From assembly GCA_025056175.1 (NCBI GenBank), contig JANWWK010000030.1:108791-172790 (forward strand): DNA of 64,000 nucleotides, read 5' to 3'. Shown here piece by piece: positions 60,701 through 64,000 of this stretch (positions within the stretch are counted from its first letter, which is position 1; every line of letters begins with the position of its first letter). Origin of the DNA: Anaerolineales bacterium (GTDB lineage: Bacteria; Chloroflexota; Anaerolineae; Anaerolineales; Villigracilaceae). A model generated the notes under the pieces. The model was not told the DNA's origin. It saw only the letters and a program-made list of their open reading frames with translations, and ran no database searches. The translations under genes were made by a program, and so were the position numbers.

Positions 60701-62868
60701 ATGAAAATGTAATCTCCACTCTCCAGGTTGCCCAGGAAACGTTCCAATTTTTCCTGGTTGTCGTCCCAGTACATTTCAAAGTTCAACCCACCCTGATAGA
60801 TACCGCCGTAGGGGTCGTAACCATCCATACGTAGCGGCAGACCATCGTCCCACGATGTTTCGTGGATCGGCGAGGCTCCGCTGACAGTCAACAGTGTGGT
60901 GGAAACCAGCCGCAAATAGTACGTGCGGCTTTTATCGAGCGGGATGGGCGGGTCGAACGTCAGCGTAAAGGATTCCCCTTTGGGGTTGTTGCGCGGGCCA
61001 AAATCTGCTGTCAGCGTGGCTGTGCCTAAAATCGTTCCTGCTTCAAACGAAAAATCCGAAGCCACCTGGGCGGTGAAAGTTTGTTCGCCGCCGAGCGTGT
61101 AATCTACGGCATATCCCAGCACGAGTTCTTTCATTTCCCCCGAAGCGGCAGCCATAAAGGCTGTGTTGTAAGGCAAGCCTGGAGAAAAGACGTAGTTGTA
61201 CGAAAGCGGAAGAGGCTGGTTATATACACTCCCATCGTTTTTGATGATACGCACATTGAGCGGCCCCGGCACGTTCTGGTAAATCCAGCGTGTGGCCTGT
61301 ACGCGTGAATGCTCACGGGTATAAATACGGGTGAAGGCATACGTCCAGGTTGCTGTGCCGAGCAGGACGAAAACGGCAAGCAGCGGATAGCCAAAGCGCG
61401 AAAGAACTCCTGAAAGGGACGACCCGTTGGTTGCTTTTCGCGGCCCGTTAAAAATAAACCAGGCCGCAAACAACGCCAGCAGCGGATAAATCGGCAATTG
61501 ATAGCGCATGGTCGGGTTCCACTGGAGCGATTGCCAGGTGAAATAGAATGCCACCCAGCCCCATAGCAACAGGTGTGCTTTGCCTTCTCCGCGCAAAATG
61601 CGCCAGCCCATATACAGAAAACCGGCAACAGCCAATACCCCTAGCGGCCATCCCAACCCCCAGGCCAGAATGTTATAGCCTGAAAACCACACAGGTCGTC
61701 GCGCCCACTGCAACGCAGGCGGAAAATCCACATCTCCGCTGGCCTGCGCCCGCTGGTCGGCGATATTCTGCACCCACTGCGGGTTGGGTTTAATGCCAAA
61801 AAATCCTGGCCCGCTAAATGCATACGGTTGGAAAACCCGGAACGCAAGCACAGACACAAAGGCGCCCAACACCAGCAGGAGGAGCGAGGTTTCCAGCGAG
61901 AGAGGAGAATGGCGAGTTTTTCCTGGGAAATGCGTCAAATCTGCTTCCGTATCAGTCTCTGCGCCGCTCTCAGATTTTCTCTGCGTATCTGCTTCTGCCT
62001 GTGTTTTCCCATCTGTGCTGCCATCTGCTGCTATCCAATAGCGCACCAACAGCGCGCCCGGCAGCAGAATTGCCAGCGGCGCGGCATTGAGCTTGGAGGC
62101 CACGGCGGCTCCCAACGCAAACCCGAACCCAACTGTGTTCAGCACCAGCGGCGAGAGTGCGATACGCCCGAATGCCTTCCAGTCGTTTACATCGAAACGC
62201 CCGGAGAATTGCCAATCGAACTGCGCGTCATTGCGTCCGGTCATCACTTCGACCGCAAAAAAGGTTGCCAGAAAAATAAAAAAGTTGGCGAAGCTATCTA
62301 CCACGTAAAAGTGCGCTTGTTGAATTTGCATCACTGCCAGCGCCGAAAAAGCCGCAGCCAGCACTCCCACCTTACGTCCATACAACCGTCTTGCAATCAA
62401 ATACAGCAGGACGATGGAACCCAAATCAGAAAGCGCCGCAAAGACACGCCCGACCAGGGTAATTTCATCGTACCCGGCCCAGTTGGGCGTGGCTGCTAAC
62501 GCTTTCATCAACGGTGCGAGCCAGTTGTTCTCGCCATGCTCGAACAGATATTGCGCTGCCTTCGCTGCGCCCTGTGTCATCCATTCCGCTGCATAGCGCA
62601 CGATGAAGACTGGCAGCGTGCCGTAAACATAAAATCCGTATCCGCGGTTGTGTGGATTGAGAGTCGAATTCGCTGTATCGAAATATTCCGAAATGCTGCT
62701 CACAGGCTGGAGCGCAGTCGAAACCATCGTCAAAAAACGCTCGTCTGGGTGCAGGTGTTGACTTTGGTCCCAGTTCAACCCCATCAGACGCAGATAGGCG
62801 GCCCCAATCAGCACCAGCACGAACAGGAGATTGAGAACAATGCGCGAACGGAAAGGTTTCATCATCAT
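57790..62868 (-). CDS. Giant fusion membrane protein: N-terminal GT39/PMT-like GT-C domain, soluble middle domain, C-terminal DUF2298 (YYY) domain
   Basis: Start taken at MMMKPFRS, giving a TAATG overlap with the upstream gene; the track ORF starts at 62907. The N-terminal part has an HPDERF loop after TM1. From about residue 895 of the track ORF (nt ~60225 downward) it parallels the 834-aa paralog from that protein's first residue (LLWYLT..., P.L.D.GY.L.R..GLLL, YPPYDPWYAGGYINYYYWGF, and the C-terminal ...GQTAIYQV). Confidence 0.7.
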   Translation of the reverse strand: MMMKPFRSRIVLNLLFVLVLIGAAYLRLMGLNWDQSQHLHPDERFLTMVSTALQPVSSISEYFDTANSTLNPHNRGYGFYVYGTLPVFIVRYAAEWMTQGAAKAAQYLFEHGENNWLAPLMKALAATPNWAGYDEITLVGRVFAALSDLGSIVLLYLIARRLYGRKVGVLAAAFSALAVMQIQQAHFYVVDSFANFFIFLATFFAVEVMTGRNDAQFDWQFSGRFDVNDWKAFGRIALSPLVLNTVGFGFALGAAVASKLNAAPLAILLPGALLVRYWIAADGSTDGKTQAEADTQRKSESGAETDTEADLTHFPGKTRHSPLSLETSLLLLVLGAFVSVLAFRVFQPYAFSGPGFFGIKPNPQWVQNIADQRAQASGDVDFPPALQWARRPVWFSGYNILAWGLGWPLGVLAVAGFLYMGWRILRGEGKAHLLLWGWVAFYFTWQSLQWNPTMRYQLPIYPLLALFAAWFIFNGPRKATNGSSLSGVLSRFGYPLLAVFVLLGTATWTYAFTRIYTREHSRVQATRWIYQNVPGPLNVRIIKNDGSVYNQPLPLSYNYVFSPGLPYNTAFMAAASGEMKELVLGYAVDYTLGGEQTFTAQVASDFSFEAGTILGTATLTADFGPRNNPKGESFTLTFDPPIPLDKSRTYYLRLVSTTLLTVSGASPIHETSWDDGLPLRMDGYDPYGGIYQGGLNFEMYWDDNQEKLERFLGNLESGDYIFITSNRQWATTTRVPERYPLTTTFYRALIGCPAERDVIWCYNVAEPGMFQGQLGYELVKTFTSYPEIFGYQINTQFAEEAFTVYDAPKVLIFKKTETYNSATVRAILEKVDLSKVVRITPRQASRYPGDLTLSPVQAAKQRQGGTWSELFSYDWPQNAFPLLGLLLWYLTIGILGLFTWPIVRLLLPGLPDGGYPLARLTGLLLLAWFAWMVGSLGGEYSRGTIAAGYVLILLAGAAAFWKQRQALITAWRENRRYFLLVEGLFLVLFLIDFGIRLGNPDLWHPGRGGERPMDFSYLNAILKSVAFPPYDPWYAGGYINYYYWGFVLVGTPIKMLGIVPSIAYNFVLPTLFAMLGLGGFSVVWNLVSGSRSQGAGKETEGDSQVQEDREIFSIPWLSGLAASAGLVLVGNLGTVRLIYQALQKLVVPNTVVEDPSISVFQRLGWVVQGLGKLLTGESLPIGWGEWYWAPSRVMPVGDLAITEFPLFTFIYSDLHAHMIALPLTVLAVAWALSMLRARHLPRWQWLATLAFGGLVIGALRPTNTWDFPTYLALGAIVAGYAVFRYASVGSQTRLGLSPLVQRALLALGAMGLLTVFALLLYQPFARWYGLGYSSLEQWQNEKTPLGSYLTHWGLFLFLIISWMVWETRQWMAQTPVSALAKLRPYTLLIEIALALLVLLTLLLQFFFKVEIAWLAFPLAAWALVLILRPGQPDAKRLVLFMVGTGLVLTLAVEVIVLVGDIGRMNTVFKFYLQVWVLFALSAAAGLGWLLEELDQWSVNWRNFWYTGVTLLFAGALLYLFTGTLDKLRDRMSAETPFTFDSMEYMRHSTYWDKQEMNLREDYEAIRWMQDNIAGTPVIVEANTPEYRWGTRYTIYTGLPGVVGWNWHQRQQRALFPSNWVTDRVDAVRFFYEATSSEYAREFLQKYNVEYIIVGQLERIYHPEGIEKFERLNGVLWNKIYENGQTAIYQVIR

Positions 62869-64000
62869 TACTCGCCGGTCAAAGAATCGGAGACGGTATA
62901 AATCCAAAAGTCTTTGCCCTCGATGGGCGAATCGAATTTGCCCAGCGCGCCGTTCGGATACAACGCGCGCAACATCCCTAAACTATTCAGGTCTTCATCT
63001 TTCACAATGAATAGCTTATTGCCCGGTACGTCCAGCGTGCGCTCGAACTCCTCTGGCCACAGCGCTGCATCGCGGGTGGGATACCCGCTCTGAATGCCCA
63101 CCAGGCGCGTATCTACCCAGTATGGATACGGGACAACCCAGGCATTTTCTACATTGTTGCCTGCTGCCACAAAAGCACGAATCACCCGCCCCATGTCTGA
63201 ACTGTTCCAGGCTGCGGCGCGGAATTGGGTGGCGAATTTATCGAATTCCAGTGTGTAGTTTTGGAGAAAGATGACGGATAGCAACCCCAGCACCACCACA
63301 CCCGCAAAGACACGATTCCCGTTTTGGGTTGCCTGCCCTCCCCGCAAAGCCAGATACAGGCCATCAAGCATTTGCCCGGCAATCACAAACACCACCACCG
63401 CTGCTGCCCCTGTGCGGTTCAGCGAGGGATTCTCGCCCGGAAAAGCCAGCGAAAGAATGGAGGGCATCATCAGCAGTGGAATTGCAAGCAAGAAGAACAA
63501 ATCCAGCCAGTTTCGCTTTACCAGGTAGCGCACCAGCAAAAACGCGCATCCGAGCGTGTAAAGCGCCGCCGAGACGAAATCTAACGCCGGGCGGCCTGGC
63601 ACCGAATGCACCCAGATGCCACCATTATCGTATTGGAACATGATGAGCGCCTTAAACGTGTTGTCAAAAAATACCTTGTACAGCGGGTCATCGTTTTCGG
63701 CGTTCACCGGATTGGTCAGGCTTTTCCAGAATCGCTGAAGCGGCGTATCTGCTTCGGGCAGGGTATCCCCTGCAATGCGCGTCAGGGCGCGGTAAGAGAA
63801 CATATCGGGGCGGTCTATTGCATAGCGGCCCAGTGGAAGGAAAACCAGCACCGCAGCCAGCACCAGCATCATGAACAGCGTAATCGTTTGTTGACGTAAT
63901 CCCCTGGAGACGGTGTGAAGCAAATACAGCCCCACGCCCAGCGTCACCACGAATGGGACGAAGCGAAATGGACTGTAACCGTGCAAACCCAGCCCCAGGA
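62868..64000 (-). CDS. Polytopic membrane protein, C-terminal part (5' end outside the window), probably another GT-C-type enzyme
   Basis: The reading frame stays open to the right edge (no stop between 63986 and 64000). Multiple TM segments are followed by a soluble C-terminal domain. It is first in the same-strand operon. Confidence 0.5.
   Translation of the reverse strand, partial: LGLGLHGYSPFRFVPFVVTLGVGLYLLHTVSRGLRQQTITLFMMLVLAAVLVFLPLGRYAIDRPDMFSYRALTRIAGDTLPEADTPLQRFWKSLTNPVNAENDDPLYKVFFDNTFKALIMFQYDNGGIWVHSVPGRPALDFVSAALYTLGCAFLLVRYLVKRNWLDLFFLLAIPLLMMPSILSLAFPGENPSLNRTGAAAVVVFVIAGQMLDGLYLALRGGQATQNGNRVFAGVVVLGLLSVIFLQNYTLEFDKFATQFRAAAWNSSDMGRVIRAFVAAGNNVENAWVVPYPYWVDTRLVGIQSGYPTRDAALWPEEFERTLDVPGNKLFIVKDEDLNSLGMLRALYPNGALGKFDSPIEGKDFWIYTVSDSLTGE

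Noticed and set aside
1-64000. A search by eye for tRNA/rRNA genes, CRISPR repeats, IS/transposase or integrase genes, toxin-antitoxin pairs and known phage-defence genes.
   Set aside because: None was seen. All intergenic gaps over 100 nt were inspected (3354..3576, 5791..5963, 17880..17994, 26530..27040, 29075..29221, 32534..32742, 39785..40064, 48960..49097). They contain only the elements reported above. A tRNAscan, Rfam or defence-system HMM scan would be needed to exclude small or divergent elements.

Overview
The window looks like a 64-kb chromosomal segment of a monoderm, moderately GC-rich bacterium. My best guess is Chloroflexota, Anaerolineae-like. That guess rests on several very large GT-C-type membrane proteins, including two 'YYY-motif' DUF2298 proteins, a family I recall as restricted to Chloroflexi and Archaea. 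It is an inference, not a search result.

I call about 57 protein genes, almost all housekeeping or envelope functions:
- three response-regulator-less histidine kinases
- hflX, an M3 oligoendopeptidase, relA/spoT and recO
- a SorC regulator followed by E1alpha/E1beta/E2 of an acetoin/pyruvate-dehydrogenase-like complex and a complete Gat-type PTS (EIIA, EIIB, EIIC, HPr, EI)
- a P-type ATPase
- a 9-gene translationally coupled shikimate/aromatic operon (aroH, two tandem DAHP synthases, tyrA, aroA, aroE, aroC, fused aroK-aroB, aroQ)
- cmk and plsC
- an envelope-glycosylation-like operon that runs off the right edge

I found no rRNA, tRNA, CRISPR array, IS element or prophage by eye.

The most interesting signals are not in the ORF track:
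1. A leader-peptide transcription attenuator at 39817..40005. It has a consensus promoter, a 27-codon ORF with 8 Trp/Phe/Tyr codons among 10 consecutive codons, and an intrinsic terminator, all in front of the aromatic operon.
2. A yybP-ykoY (Mn2+)-type riboswitch with a terminator expression platform at 32602..32717. It controls a 75-aa single-TM protein plus a P-type ATPase.
3. A C-type-lectin-domain lipoprotein translationally coupled to a histidine kinase that has no extracytoplasmic sensor domain.
4. The dehydrogenase-PTS operon.
5. A 1692-aa fusion of a GT39-like domain to a DUF2298 domain inside the GT-C cluster.
6. A decayed RHS core fragment next to an AT-richer membrane-protein gene.

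All coordinates, motif matches and identity counts were done by hand. No database search or RNA folding was run.
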